Source: the human T2T-CHM13v2.0 reference genome, Homo sapiens
Length of the DNA: 64,000 nucleotides
NCBI RefSeq assembly: GCF_009914755.1
Contig: NC_060931.1
Direction: 5' to 3' (one strand)
Below the pieces are notes generated by a model that was not told the DNA's origin, made no database searches, and saw only the letters and a program-made list of their open reading frames with translations. Both the position numbers and the translations under genes were made by a program. Positions within the stretch are counted from its first letter, which is position 1. Every line of letters starts with the position of its first letter. This document shows, piece after piece, positions 25,271 through 39,104 of this stretch.

Positions 25271-28200
25271 CTGAATTGTTCAGGAAGAGGAGAGAAGGGA
25301 TGAGGACTGACATTTGTATTTTTTACAAGTTCCACAGGTGATTTTATGAGATTTTATGAGCAGTTAGGAATAAGAACTACTGTTATACCTAGTTGTTAAA
25401 AACTTCAGTTTTTACAAAGTTTTGAAGCTAAAAATTAACTTTTTGGAATTTTAAATTTTAAAACAATGTGTATAACCCAAGTCAAATGTCAACAAATTGA
25501 CATTTTAATATTATATTGTATATTGCCATATAAGATATAAAGTAGACTTAGTATTGTAATTTAAAAAGTAGGACATAGCTCATGCTTCAGTCTTTTCCAG
25601 GATATTCTTGATAAAGATCTCAACAACTTGTATCTGCTGAAACACTTAAAATGATGATAACTTGTCTTAATATGGTTACATGAACATGTATAAATATTTC
25701 TTTTAAAAGTGCTTCCTCCAGGTCATATGTATTCACAGACGCCACTGAGGATTTAAATATCCATCATGTACTTTATCGTGACTATGTCAGTTACTATTGT
25801 AGCTTTTCATCTTTGTTTAAAGCTATGTTTTGTGAGAAGCCATGGAGTATACATGACAGGTCATTATCTGACTACTACAAGGTGAGCTGTCTTAGCTTGG
25901 AGACTTCTATTTGGTTCAGTCTTATTTGATCTTTCTAGTATGCTACATTTTTTGAGTAGTAATAATTTTTGAATTCATATGCATAGGAATTTCATCCAAG
26001 TCCTTATAGGAGATTTTCTAGAACTACAAATGCGTGACAGACTAGCTAAGGCGAGTGATATTTCTCAATAATCATTTGTATTAAAAATCTTTAAGTAGAG
26101 GACATACGATATTTTTAATTTTGGTTTTATTTTTTATCTTTTCTGCATTGAAATAAATTCTATAACTATGCCCAAACGATATATATAAATATGTATTTAT
26201 ATGTATAAATACAAATATGTATTTGTATGTATAAATATGTATAAATATATATTTTCAAGTAAAACAGTCATTGAGAATTTTGTGTCTTTAAGAACGGAAC
26301 AATCTCTTCAGGAGTATCTTGCCACAATACATTAAACAAGCACATTTAATTGAACTTGGTAATATTGGAAATTGAATGTCTGAATTTTATGCATTGAGAA
26401 GATTTATGAAAAATATAAAATTAAAATGAATTATCCTTTAAAGTTCTTTAAAATTTGAAGCATATAACTGACGCATAAAAAAGAGACTTTTAAATATTTT
26501 AACTATTCATTTGACCTCTGGGATTTTATCTGACATTAGATTGAATTTTAAGTTTCTGGATTTTATATGGCCGACAGAGACATCATTTTTAGGTAAGATG
26601 TATACCACTCAGCTGTCTAAATTCAGTACTCTTCTAGCGTTTGTGGGACAAGCTTACAAAAGCTTACAAAAATGTGCTTCATGGAGCTTTACTGAGTTTT
26701 GGTTTGCCTTTTTACTAATACAGATATGTAAAAAGTCTGGAAAAAAAGTTGTTTCTATTGTGTCCTATATTAGAATTAAATAGAACAAATCTGCGGTGTT
26801 TTGTAGACTTACTAAAAGTCTGAGAATTAAAACTGTGGTATGTGGTTATCCTCAAAGATGGTTTTAGTTTTGTATTAAACTTTAGATTTCCTCTTTCCTG
26901 GTGGGTGGGATAAAGCCCACAGATTTCCAGTTGATCCTCTACTGTAGAACAAGGTCCTCAACTAAGTTCAGGCAGTTGCTAATTGCTTCTAGCATGTTCC
27001 TTGGCAAGTGAAATTGTTTGTATAAATGTCTTTTAATCCCTTAGTTTCTAATTGAGTGCTGTACTTTGGGACTATTAATAATTATTTGCTTAACAATCCC
27101 ACTAATTATAGTTGGTACTTTGCTTTAAAAAAAAAATTAGAGTGTTTTATTGTTCATACTGAACATTTATGTCCTGAATTGAACTTATTAGTCATCATTA
27201 TTGCCTGGTCAAGTAGGTGGTTTTATTAATACTTTATTGTCCTAGACGTGTTTTCTGAAACCTATTTCTAGACAATGTTTTTATCAAGTAATCATTTTCA
27301 GTAAAACATAGATTGTTTATTAGTCATTCTTAATAGTATTAATAGAATTGGAATCAGTATTGATCTGTTTGGTTCTTTAACCTAAGGTAGTTTTCATGGG
27401 AATCAGATAATATATATTAAACGTATATACTTCAGTAAATTATTCCTTAAGCATCATTTTGAAAATATGATTTATTAAGATAAGTTTGTCAGTGTTTATG
27501 ATACACATATTTTGATATATTTAAATATCAAATTCACAGAGAAAGGAAAATGGTTAGAACATCTAAAAATAGACCATCTTTCACTATATTGATAATTTAC
27601 AAAATTGAAAAACTAAGCCACTTTCTAAATTACGCTTACTACAAACTTGAAAAACTAAGCCATTTTCTAAGTGGCATGTGGCCTGGTGCATTTACATAGC
27701 ATGCTGTGGAATACCATATGTGATGAGAAACTAAATCATAACTGAGATAATTAATCAAAGTACAGTAGGTTGCCATACATATAAATGTCTTTTAAAAGTC
27801 GCAAACCTCATACTGTCCTGTAGTTTAAAATTTTTTTGTGTGTTTTTATTTTTTGTTATTTTGTTATTTCAGCTACTAAAATGCTGAGAGTTAAGATAAA
27901 GGACATTTTATTACGGCTTTACAAAAGTTAATAAAAGTATTTTTACCTTATTAACCCAGCATTTGAAATATTAAAATAAGGTTATATAATCAACCAATAT
28001 ATCATAGATCGTACTGTTATAAAATTCAGAAGTGGTGTGGAATATATTAATTATGTAAATTTTTATTCCAGTTTTTATTTGTCGTGTGAGTGTGAGAGAC
28101 ATGTTCATTGTGAAAAGATACTCCTAGTGGAATTAAACTATTCTCACAATTGTGAAAATATCGCCTAAATAATAGAAAAGGCTTAAATCCTGGCTTCAAA

Positions 28201-28554
28201 AAAACAAAGTGAGATTGCATGCATTGTAGATGTAGATATAGTGAGAGTAATTTGGTTCCTCTAATTTATTAAACATTTTAATTAGTTCATAATTTTATAA
28301 AATATTTGTTAAAAAATATTGTTTCCAACCTACATATTGTGGTTTAAGAAGTGCTCTTTTGCTTATGACTAAGAGACTTCTTCAAGAAAACTTTCAAATC
28401 TAAGCCAAGAAAATTCGAAAAATGAACTCTGGTAGTTAATGGAATTGAGTTCTTTGAAATCAAATATAGTTGAGCATTCCAATTTTGATTTTCTGATGGA
28501 ATCTTTCCTAGGTGTGATAAGTTGTAAATTAGAGGTTAGAAACATAAAGTGCAT

Positions 28555-28730
28555 TATGCCATGTTAATTGCCTTTTAATATATTCATTTTTGACATTTCT
28601 GAAATTAGATTGTGTATCTATAAGCAGTTTTTATCTTTAAGTGATAATAGTTATTTTTTCCCAAAAAATTGCCATTAAATTGGCGGAGTTCTTATAATTG
28701 GATGCGTCGTATAGTAGGAAGATAGAGTAA
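28555..28730. mobile_element. MER104-like TcMar DNA transposon remnant
   Basis: cattttgacatttctgaaattagattgtgtatc-like start and ttcttataattggatgcgtcgtatag end resemble MER104 from memory. Confidence 0.45.
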
Positions 28731-30048
28731 TTTAAATTATATAGAAAGTTAAGTATGCAATTTGGTGTAGATGAAAGTGTTTTTCTGAGCTTTGAAAAGA
28801 AACAAACTGGGCTCAGGTCTTAACTATTTATAGTTACTTGTGAACTTCAGCAAGTTGTTTCACCTAACTTTTAGGTTGCTCATTTGTAGAAGGTTGAATG
28901 GCAATACTGGGAAGTATAGAGGTGCTCAGTAAGTGACAAGCATTTTAGGCACAGAGAGAAAAGTTCAAAATTAGTGATAATACTCTGATTTTCAAATGTT
29001 AAGAAATGTTTTTTAAAAGTAACCTGAAGAGTAATTTTCTGTTTCATTTTCTGCCTTCACACACATCAAATGAAAATCTTTCCTGTCTCAGAGTTTCACA
29101 CTAAACAGGGGAAGGTCAAGTCTAACTTTTTCATGCAGAAAAATGTCCATTTGTTATAATTTCTTGGTAGCAATGAAAGCTATCTTTATAATTAATGTAT
29201 TTTTAAACCATGGCATTCATGGCTCCCTAAATTTTTTTAAAGTATATGCTATCCTATCAGATTTTCTAAATGTACTGTAGTTAGTACTTTTAATATTGAT
29301 GGTAATTCATATTTCACTTTAAATATAGGATTATGGTCCTATGTGAATCATGCACTAATATATTTATTTTATAAGTAGAGAGAATGATATTTAGAAACTA
29401 AAGGTTTGTTTTGTTTAAGCCATATTTAAGCCACTGACTCTGCCTGGTATGAATAATAGGAAAAGATCTAACTCATACGGAAACTTGTTTTTTACTGACG
29501 ACATATTTTAGTAACAAGTGAAGAAATATCCAAGAAATTTTTCTTAGACTATAAAGGCATATTTTTTTCTTTGTCAAGGTCATTAAAACTGTAAACTTGA
29601 AACTGAAATGAAAATACAAAGTAAATCCAGTAAAATGTAAACGTAACAAACCACTGAAGACAGTTGTAAGACAATTTATAAGTCCACTTTGTCAAGGTGT
29701 ATGCAGTTTCTGATAACAAAAGTTTCATCATCCCTAAAGAATGACTTTTTAACAGGTAAATATCAGCAACACACCCTTTTTATTATATACATGTGGGATC
29801 TTTTAAGGATGGATATGTTGGAAAATCTGGGCTAGCACTTTCACATTCCTTGTTGAGTCTGGAAGTTAAGGTTTTTAACTTTTAGAGCATATTGTATAAA
29901 CACATTTAGAATTTCAAAGCATGATTATGTGCCATCAATATGCCTTACAGCATTTATGCAAAAGAAAACCTTACACTTAAGTAAGGAAATGTTTACTAAT
30001 TCTCCGATGCTACTAATTCTTTTCTTTTAGAAAGGTAGACTCTCAGTA

Positions 30049-30924
30049 CAGTAGCCTCCCCCCACTGCCTACTTAATTGCAGGGGTTATGTTCCAAGACC
30101 CCTAGAAGATGCCTTAAACCAGTTATTTTTTCCTAGACATGTCTTTTCAGTGAAAGGAAATATCTTATGGCTTCCCTTTGGCATATCAAAATTGTTAACA
30201 TCACTACTCTTGCACTTCGGGGTTGTTACTAAGTAAAATAAGGGTTACTTGGACACAAGCCCTGCAGTACTGTGATGGTCGATCTAGTCACTGAGACAGC
30301 TAAGTGACTAACGAGCAGGTAGCACATACAGTATGGACATATTCTGGGCAAAGGAATGATTCATGTCCCAAGTGGGAACAAGTGGGACAACATGAGATTT
30401 CATCATGCTCTTCAGAATGGTATGCAATTTAAAACTTCCAAACTGTTTATTTCTGGAATTTTTTTTTTTCTATAAGTTCTGGGGTACGTGTCCAGAACGT
30501 ACAGGTTTGTTCCGTAGGTATACATGTGCCATGGTGGTTTGCTGCACCTGTCAACCCGTCAGACGTTTTAAGCCCTGCATGCATTAGGTATTTGTCCTAA
30601 TGCACTTCCTCCCCTTGCCCTACCCCCCGACAGGCCTCTGGTGTGTGTTGCTTCTCTCCCTGTGTCCATGTGTTCTCATTATTCCACTCTCACTTATGAG
30701 TGAGAACATGGGGTGTTTGGTTTTCTGTTTCTGTGTTAGTTTGCTGAGAATGATGGCTTCCAGCTTCATCCATGTCCCTGCAAAGGACATGAACTCATTC
30801 TTTTTTATGGCTGCATAGTGTTCCATGGTATTCTGGAACTTTTTATTTACTATTTCCAGATCACAGTTTACCATGGGTAACTGAAACCTGGGAAAGCAAA
30901 ACCACAGTTAAGGGGAGATTACTG
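30049..30924. mobile_element. MER44 (Tigger7-derived) DNA transposon, split by an L1
   Basis: TA|CAGTAG.CTCCC...GGGGAGATTACTG inverted termini. Internal catcactactcttgcacttcgggg...aagtaaaataagggttactt matches MER44. Confidence 0.85.
30461..30830 (-). mobile_element. 5'-truncated primate L1PA 3' end inserted in MER44
   Basis: Minus-strand ORF2 C-terminus MEHYAAIKKNEFMSFAGTWMKLEAIILSKLTQ, then 3'UTR and poly(A). TSD ttctggaa(t/c)t at 30451-30460 and 30831-30840. Confidence 0.92.
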
Positions 30925-30935
30925 TTTGTACTTTT

Positions 30936-30993
<58 letters not shown>

Positions 30994-31077
30994 TACACAC
31001 ACATATATATATACACGTATATATATATACACGTATATATATATACGTATATATATATATTGTGTGTGTGTGTGTGT
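30936..31077. repeat. Compound microsatellite (TA)n(CA)n-(TA/CACG)n-(TG)n
   Basis: Directly visible ~140-bp purine/pyrimidine alternation. Confidence 0.97.
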
Positions 31078-32103
31078 CAAAGGGTAGTGATTCATACATA
31101 TAAATTCTTCAGAACCCTATCTTTATGCCCTACAATTATTTCCCTTTCTACCCCCTGCTGTCCTGATTCCCAGTAGAGGGAACCATTAATGATATACTTC
31201 CTTAATCATAGCATATGTTTCTTTATTTGTTTCCCTTCATGTTACTTTAAAAATTGAATTATCTTTTTCTGGGAATATCAGATATGCTGTTGTTAACACG
31301 TTTCTCCTTGGCAAAATGCCATTAACAAATAAGGCAAATTATAAGAGTATGGTCCACATTGTCCTTCCACTGCCCTATAGTTCCAGCTTAGTCCAGTCCT
31401 GCTGTATATTAAATTAGTAGTAGCTTCAGTAGTGTTTTCTTGGTCACCAATAAAACATGCTCCCTTTGTCTTTTCCAAGTTCTGAAATTGCCCAGCTGCA
31501 TGTCCAGGAACTTCTCTGAGCTGTAAATTCAGTTTGTCAAAATCAAGAATCTTCCTCTATTATTCTGTGTCATGTTTCATCCACCTTGTTGGTAATTTCC
31601 TCCTTTTAAAAATACTTCTTTCTCGCCTTCAGTGAACTTCTTCTCTCCTGCGTTTGCCTTTTCTTAGCGGACCATTTCTTTGGTTTTTTTGATAGGCTTC
31701 TCTAGGTTGGTTTCACAGTCTTTTTTTCTCGCTGCAGTTGATAGCATCTATACCCAAAGCTCAATACCACACCCATTTTGCAACAGGAAATCTTGGGATT
31801 TAGGATTTAAGTGATCCATCTGCTTTCTCTGAGTTAATGTCCCTCAAGAGAGACTTTTTTGCCTTTTAAAATATCCTTTTGTCTAGTGATTAAGACAATA
31901 TAGCAATAAATTTACATATATGGTTTAATTGGCCGTTTCCTCTTATAGTCTCCTTTTACTAAGTAGTTTAACTGACATTTACTTAAGTAGGCGAATGTAT
32001 ATTAATTTGATCTTCAAATTAAATATTCTGAAGATATGATTAAATATGCTATAATTAAAATGTTGGACTCTTGAATTTTGATAAACTTTAAAGCTAGAAA
32101 GTT

Positions 32104-32595
<492 letters not shown>

Positions 32596-33084
32596 TTAAA
32601 ATATTGCTTTTAAAAAATACATGCCTCTCACTGTTTTTCTCCTTACTTTTTCCTTTTCTTTTTTCTAACTCCACTTTTCTGAAGAAAGTTGGTATCAGGA
32701 AAAAAAAATACACTTTGGGGTTTTAAAAATATTGTAAAAGTAGTAAATGGTCATTGTTGAATATTGGAAAAAAATTTTAAACATAAAGAAGTATTTTAAA
32801 TTATCTGCAATTTAGCACCTAAAGATACTACATTTCTGCTCATGTTTTGGTGGTATGTCCTACTACAACCTACTTTAAAAAAAATTACAGTTAGATCATA
32901 CTTTCTGTTATATAATGGTATTTTGAAAAATATAATTGCATGTATGGCAGTTTACCATGTTGTTAAATACTCTTACATAATCTATTTTTAAGTGCTGTAC
33001 AATTTCTTATACAAATATACTTTTAATGTAATGACTAGATCAAACAATATAAACATTTTTAAAATAAGAAAGTATCATACTAAT

Positions 33085-33330
33085 AATAATAATAGAAGTT
33101 AACATTTTGTTGAGCACCACTATGTGCCTGGCATTTTCTAAGCATTTAAAATGTATAATTCTATGTAATCCTCACCACAACCTTTAAGGTGGTTATTGTT
33201 TTTTTTTATCTCCTTTCTGCAGATGAAAGAAAGAAATGAGATTCAGAGAAGTTAAGGATTACACAGCTAATAAGTGATATAACAGTAATTCAAACCCAGA
33301 TCTCCCTGACTCTAGAGCCTGTGTTTTAGA
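33085..33330 (-). mobile_element. MIR SINE
   Basis: ttgagcaccactatgtgcctggca...taatcctcaccacaacc...cagatgaa...gagattcagagaagttaag...attcaaacccag. Confidence 0.75.
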
Positions 33331-36300
33331 AACTAGATTTTATATATTAAAATAGGTATTTTCTATTTCTTATTGTAAGAGATTCTCAAATTAGATTTTG
33401 TCCTAAAGCCATTTTAGATTTTCATCATGTAAAACTCAGATAATTTTTCTATTATAAATAAACATGACTTCTAATCGGAAAGGGAAAAATATTATTAAGT
33501 GGGATCTGCTTTTGTCTTTCTAATGGATAGGGGAATAAAACACAAAGATATTTTAAAACAAATAAGTTGATTAAAGATGGTGCTATGGTATGGTGTGGGA
33601 AGATGAATGTGGAAGATGAGGTAACTCAACTCCTCAGGGCCCTTTCTTCATGAAATTCAATTAAATAAGATCTGTGTTAGGGGAGGTACCATTTGACAAT
33701 ATGGATGATTTATGTAGACACAGCAGAAACTAATCTATTGAACTTGGAGGGAGGTAAAGGAAAGGGATCTAAAGGTGATTTTTTTTTATTAGACACTAAG
33801 CACTGTATTTTACCTCAGTCAAATCTTAGTTTTTAATGTTTGTCATGAGTTGTGAAGTTTGAAAACCAGTACTGTGAAAAGTAACTACAGCCAGCCACAC
33901 TCAATCCCTTTGCAAAGATAGTTTAAGAATATTCTCATTTGTGTAGTGTCAGCTATTATACTTTGTGTACACTGGCAGTTTTTGTATGTTTTTATCCTAG
34001 TATCAGCATTCTTTTGCAGTACAAGTTTCTCTTCTTCAAAAGAATACTTGCTTCTAAGTGTATTGAGTATAAATACAATTCAGTTTACACTCGTTTGTGT
34101 TAATTCTTTTGCTGACAATTCTTTTGTTAATTCTTTTGATTATTAAACAAGGAGTACAAAATTATTACCTCACCTATAAAAGGTTTAGAAATGGTTCCTG
34201 CCTCATTGACAGATAAAGGTCTGTATGTAACTGTTTTTATTCTACTATATTTCCACCTGTGACCTAGCTCTGCCACCTCTTTTTGTGATTTCAGACTTTT
34301 ACAAGTTGTTTTATGTTTAATATATTGTTCTCTTTTTTTCCTCTGGACTATATTCATATGATAAATCTAATCTCTGGTCACCTAAGATACAACCTATTTT
34401 AATATTTTCTCTGAAGGTTTCTTAAAGGTTTATATTATAGTGTTATACCTTCATTGAAATTAAGTCGGTTTTTTGTTAAGGGTACCTTCAATAATGGCTG
34501 CAAAAGATTATGTGCTTCACTGGTTTGAAAACTCTTTAAAGTATGCTTATAGAGGTTAACATTTTAAGAATCGCTTTGAAAAGTTCAAGCTGTATCAAAG
34601 CACTTGTCAGCAATGTGTTCACTTTCGTGTTCTTGAGGGCTGGACCATTCTCTCAATTTTTAAAGACCAATAGTATTCTTTATATTCTGTTTCTAAAATC
34701 AGAGTTCAAAATTTAGATGATTAGTTATTTGTAAATCATTTTTCCAAAGCACAGATGTATTGGTAGCTTAATGCAGGTAATAAGTATAAGGTATTTCAGC
34801 ATTATTTCTTTATTTTAATGCAGCAGTTTCAACAACCAACAGCAAATCATCTTAATGACTCAATTTAAAATTTATCCTAGTATCCAGTCATTTGCTTAAT
34901 TATTAATTTTTACCACTTAAAACAATTTTCAGAGTGTGAATGAAGTACATATTTTTAGGATACATTATTTACTCTTTTATAAGCAGGCTAAGTGCTGTAA
35001 AGGATAGATATTTCTTTACCTTTCCTTGTGACAATGTTGAAGCTTTAACCTGTTTACAGCATAAAGACTCTGTTAAGTACAATCTTAATCTTTATTTTTT
35101 AGTATTCTCAAATCTACTACATATGAATCTAATTTTTGCAGTGAAATAAACTTTCTCTCTTCGTTATTTAGCTGTTTCAAAATCCCTAACTTTTGTCTTC
35201 CTGTCTACTCCTTCCTTTCTCCTTCACATTTCCAAGCAGTATTTGGAAACATGACAATATATTTTTCAAGTATGTTTATGTTCTTTTATCAATGAAAAGC
35301 TTCCCTAAGATAGCAATGTCCCTAATAGGGTAAAATACAGTTAGCTGTATTTTTTTAACCTCCTCATAGCAATAGGATGAAAAAAAAAAAAAAGCTACAG
35401 TCTGAATTTGACATCATTAAACAAAAACTCTTCAAATTAAACAGTATAAAAAGAGACAAAAAAGTGGTTTTATTTGTTCTTCATATTAAATGCCTTAAGG
35501 ATTCTCAAGTGAGCTATTTTTAACAGACCACTCTTACGTTTTTATTGTGATTTAAGTAAATTTTGCTCTTAATTCCAAGACAAGGTACAAACAGAAATGA
35601 GCTCGATTCCTTCCATCCCAGTGCCTTTAAACATGCTCATTTGGAGCTTCCTTTTTCCCCCAGTTACTCTCAGACAAATCTTACAGCTTTTCCAGTTACC
35701 TTTAGGTATTAATAGTCTTTTTTTTAAATATCAAAGTCCAGTCCAGTTTAATGTCAAATCTTCTATTCTCAGCAGCTCAGACCTCCTTTAAACTGGGAAA
35801 CCTGTAGTTTGGAAGTGGGGCATTCTAGATTTTGATTCTTGCCCCTCCTTTTTTTTTTTTGACTCATTGCTAGAGCTTTTCTATGTAGAGGTGCCTTGAT
35901 ATGAGAGATGCCTTCTGTGGGTTACTTGTGACTTCCTTTTCAGAACTTAGTTCCGTTTATCTCTTTTTTGATTGGCATTATCCCCATCCCACCAACGCTG
36001 TCCTCTTTGGCTAGATTCCTTTCTAGAGTCTTGCTCTTTAACGGGCCCACATTTTGTCCTAGGGGAAACACACAACCCCTTGCCTTAACAAGCTCAGAAA
36101 GAACAGCCATTCCCACTGCAGCCATGCATCTTTGCTTTGCTACTACAGACAGACAGGCATGTATCATCATCTAGTCCTTGTCCTCCAAACTCCCAGGGGA
36201 CAAACTCTGAGTAATTTTTAGAAAATTCCTCTTCTGAGAGGGACTTCCTTTAAAGTACCTCTTCTAAAGAAATCCTTACTCTCCAGTTTCACCTTTCCTC

Positions 36301-37292
36301 ATTCTTCAGACTTCTCCTTTAATGAGTTACCATACCAAATTTTGTGTAAGACTTTGAAGAAAATATTTTCTGAAGTATTTTATCAGTGCATATCTTTAAA
36401 AATGAATAGCTTAGACCATTTACGAGAGATTGAGAAAATTTCACTCACCCATGAGTCCTAAATCAAATATCCTATCACCATGACTTAAATCATGATTTTT
36501 TTTTTCATAATTATCACTTCTTTCACTTCTTCAAACACTTTATACCAGTTCCTGAACTCCTCTCAAGACCTCCAGGCCACCATTTACTCTCCTCCACCTT
36601 TTTAAAGTTGTAACTTGACATTTTAATGTGCACTTTTTAAAACCATTAGAGTCCTCCATTGTAACTGCCCAACTTCTCAAGATTCACTGTATTGGTTTAT
36701 CTCAACTGTTTCTTTTTTGGCCAGAAATAACATAAAATATATGTACTTGAGTTCACTACAAATTCATGCCTTCTAATTTAAACCAGACCTCATTGCTATC
36801 TTTTGTGATCTCCTTATCAGATTTCTTATAGCAGTTATTTCAAATCTTTGACACATGCATCAAGGCTTCAGTTTTATTCCCAGCAGACTTACTTTTTCAA
36901 GATGATCTTGTCTCTTATTTTCACTGAGGAAAGGGGGGTGATATTTTTATCTTTCTCCTCTCAGCCTTAAAAAAAGTCTTTGTTATTTTCCCTACTTCAT
37001 TCTATTTCCTGTCTCAGAAAATAAAAGTGCCACTACCTCCTCTGTTCTTTATTCCAAACATCTCCTTTCTCTTCAGTACTTGTTTCTGTTCTCATTAAGC
37101 CATTCTACACACTTTTTCCCAGTCACTCTTTGGGAAAGATCACTTTTCAAATTTCCAGGTCAGAAAATCCAAGAAAAAAGTAAGGCGCTTTCCATTGTCT
37201 ATACTATAGTATAGACATCAGGGTTTTATCCCTGACATTCAAGGCCATATATAATCTAGACTCATGCTGCTAGTATTTTAGATGTAAATCAG

Positions 37293-37400
37293 TCTCTCTC
37301 TCTCCCCCCGCCCCCACTGCTTTCCTCCCGTTCTCCTTCCGTCTCTCCCATTCTCCCTCCTCTCTCCCTCTCTTTTTCTCTTCCCCTCCTTCTTTCTCAC
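37293..37400 (+). repeat. CT-rich polypyrimidine low-complexity tract
   Basis: About 110 nt, almost entirely C/T. Confidence 0.85.
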
Positions 37401-38575
37401 TACTCTTTTGCAAAAAGCCTCATATATCATCAGGTTTTTTTTCTTCTTAATTAAATGTCCAGTTTAAATTATAGTTTTCTAGTTGCCCTACAATCCTTAG
37501 GCCTAGATTCAATTTCTTTTGCACTTTTTTTGCTAGGCTGTTCATTTGACATTTGGTAGACTTTTTTTGTCATGCTATTGATCTTTTTATATCTGGGTTA
37601 TTTTTACCAGCTAGATTACAAACTCTCTTACAACAGAGGATATTTCTGTCATACTTTCTTAAAGCAAGGAACCTGGATGTTGCATATTTTTTCTAAGATA
37701 GATTTAAGATTGTTCCTGGTAGTTCTCCACTGCTAGCCTATTTTCTCTTAGTTGTTACTGAAATTATTTTTAAAACTTTTATTTTGCCAAATGGCAGTAG
37801 AGGTGGTGCAGGTTCTAGTTTTTGCCTTAGAGGCCCAAGGCTGTTTATTGAAACAACAAATGATGTTTGGAACATAAATTTCTGGCAGCCATGACCCAAA
37901 TATGCAAAAAAGACCAAGAAGATATCTGTTCAGCAAGTTTAAAATCATATTCTTTCTTAGATTATTTTCTTATGTAGTTCACTCAGCATTTCTGTTAACA
38001 TTTAATAGTACCTGTTCACAGATTTCTTTGGAATAGACACAGTTTTAAATTAAAAGGAAAGTAAGTTGTCTCCTTCAGAATAAAGAACACTGGCATTGTC
38101 TAAGGGTATAAAACTAATCCAAATGAAAATGCCTATTTTGTGTGTATGTTTCTTTTTTTTTTTTTTTTTGCCTTTACATAAAATTTAAGAGACAGTAAAC
38201 CCTTTATTTACCAAAATATTTTCTTTCTGTTGATGGACCTACCAATATATTAGCAATAGGAGTCTCATTTTTATTGGATAAAAATCTGTATAGTATTCAG
38301 AAGGTGTGCCACATACTTCACTAGGTGCTTCAGATGTAGTAAGATGAGACATAAATCTTGCCCTTAAAAAACTTAGATGCTAGTAGGATAGATAAAGCAT
38401 GTATGCATTTAATTATGATATCAAATTTAAAGTGTTAAATGCCATTAAGAAGTATAGGTAAGGTACAGTGGGAATTTTGAGAGTAGGATGATTGCTTTCA
38501 GCACCAAGCAAAAAGAGATTGGCAAAAAATACAACATTTCAATAGAATTATAAAGGCTAGTAGGATTTGACAGAA

Positions 38576-38910
38576 GTATTAATTAGGATATGCTAAGTTA
38601 TGCAGCAAAAAAAAGAATCCCAAATTTTTAGTTGATTAATATAAGTTGATTTCTCATTCATGTAACGTATCAGTACAGGTTGACAGAGCAGCTCTGCTCA
38701 TTATAGTCACTTGGGGACCCGAGCTGATGGAGGTTTTGTTTCAACATATGTGGTCCACAGCATAGTAGCAGGAAATACCACAAATGTCACACTGGCTTTT
38801 AAAATCATATCTGGAATTTGATACATATCACTCCAGGCCACATTCCTCAGATGACGCAGTCAAACCTAACTTTAAGAAGCCAGTAAGTGTAATGCTACCA
38901 CCATATGCTA
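38576..38910 (-). mobile_element. Old MLT1 (J/K/L-type) MaLR LTR
   Basis: gtattaattaggatatgctaagttatgcagc...gctctgctcattatagtcacttggggacccgagctgatggag...aagtgtaatgctacca. Confidence 0.65.
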
Positions 38911-39104
38911 CCATACTTCCAAGACCTTTCTGGGATTCATTCCAGGATTCAAGGAAATCCTTGGAGAGAGAGAGAACGTATATACAATTTATATGGGGGA
39001 AACTGCATAATAGTGTGAAATGTAATGGTAGTAGTAATAGCTGCTAATATGTTCTCTTGATTTTTTTCTTTGCTTTTTTAAAAATAGCCTTTTGGTAGTA
39101 TTTT

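Noticed and set aside
35940-36174. Overlapping opposite-strand ORFs in a slightly GC-richer patch with a CCAAT word
   Set aside because: No recognisable protein, splice context, poly(A) tail or TSD. Expected by chance where GC content rises.
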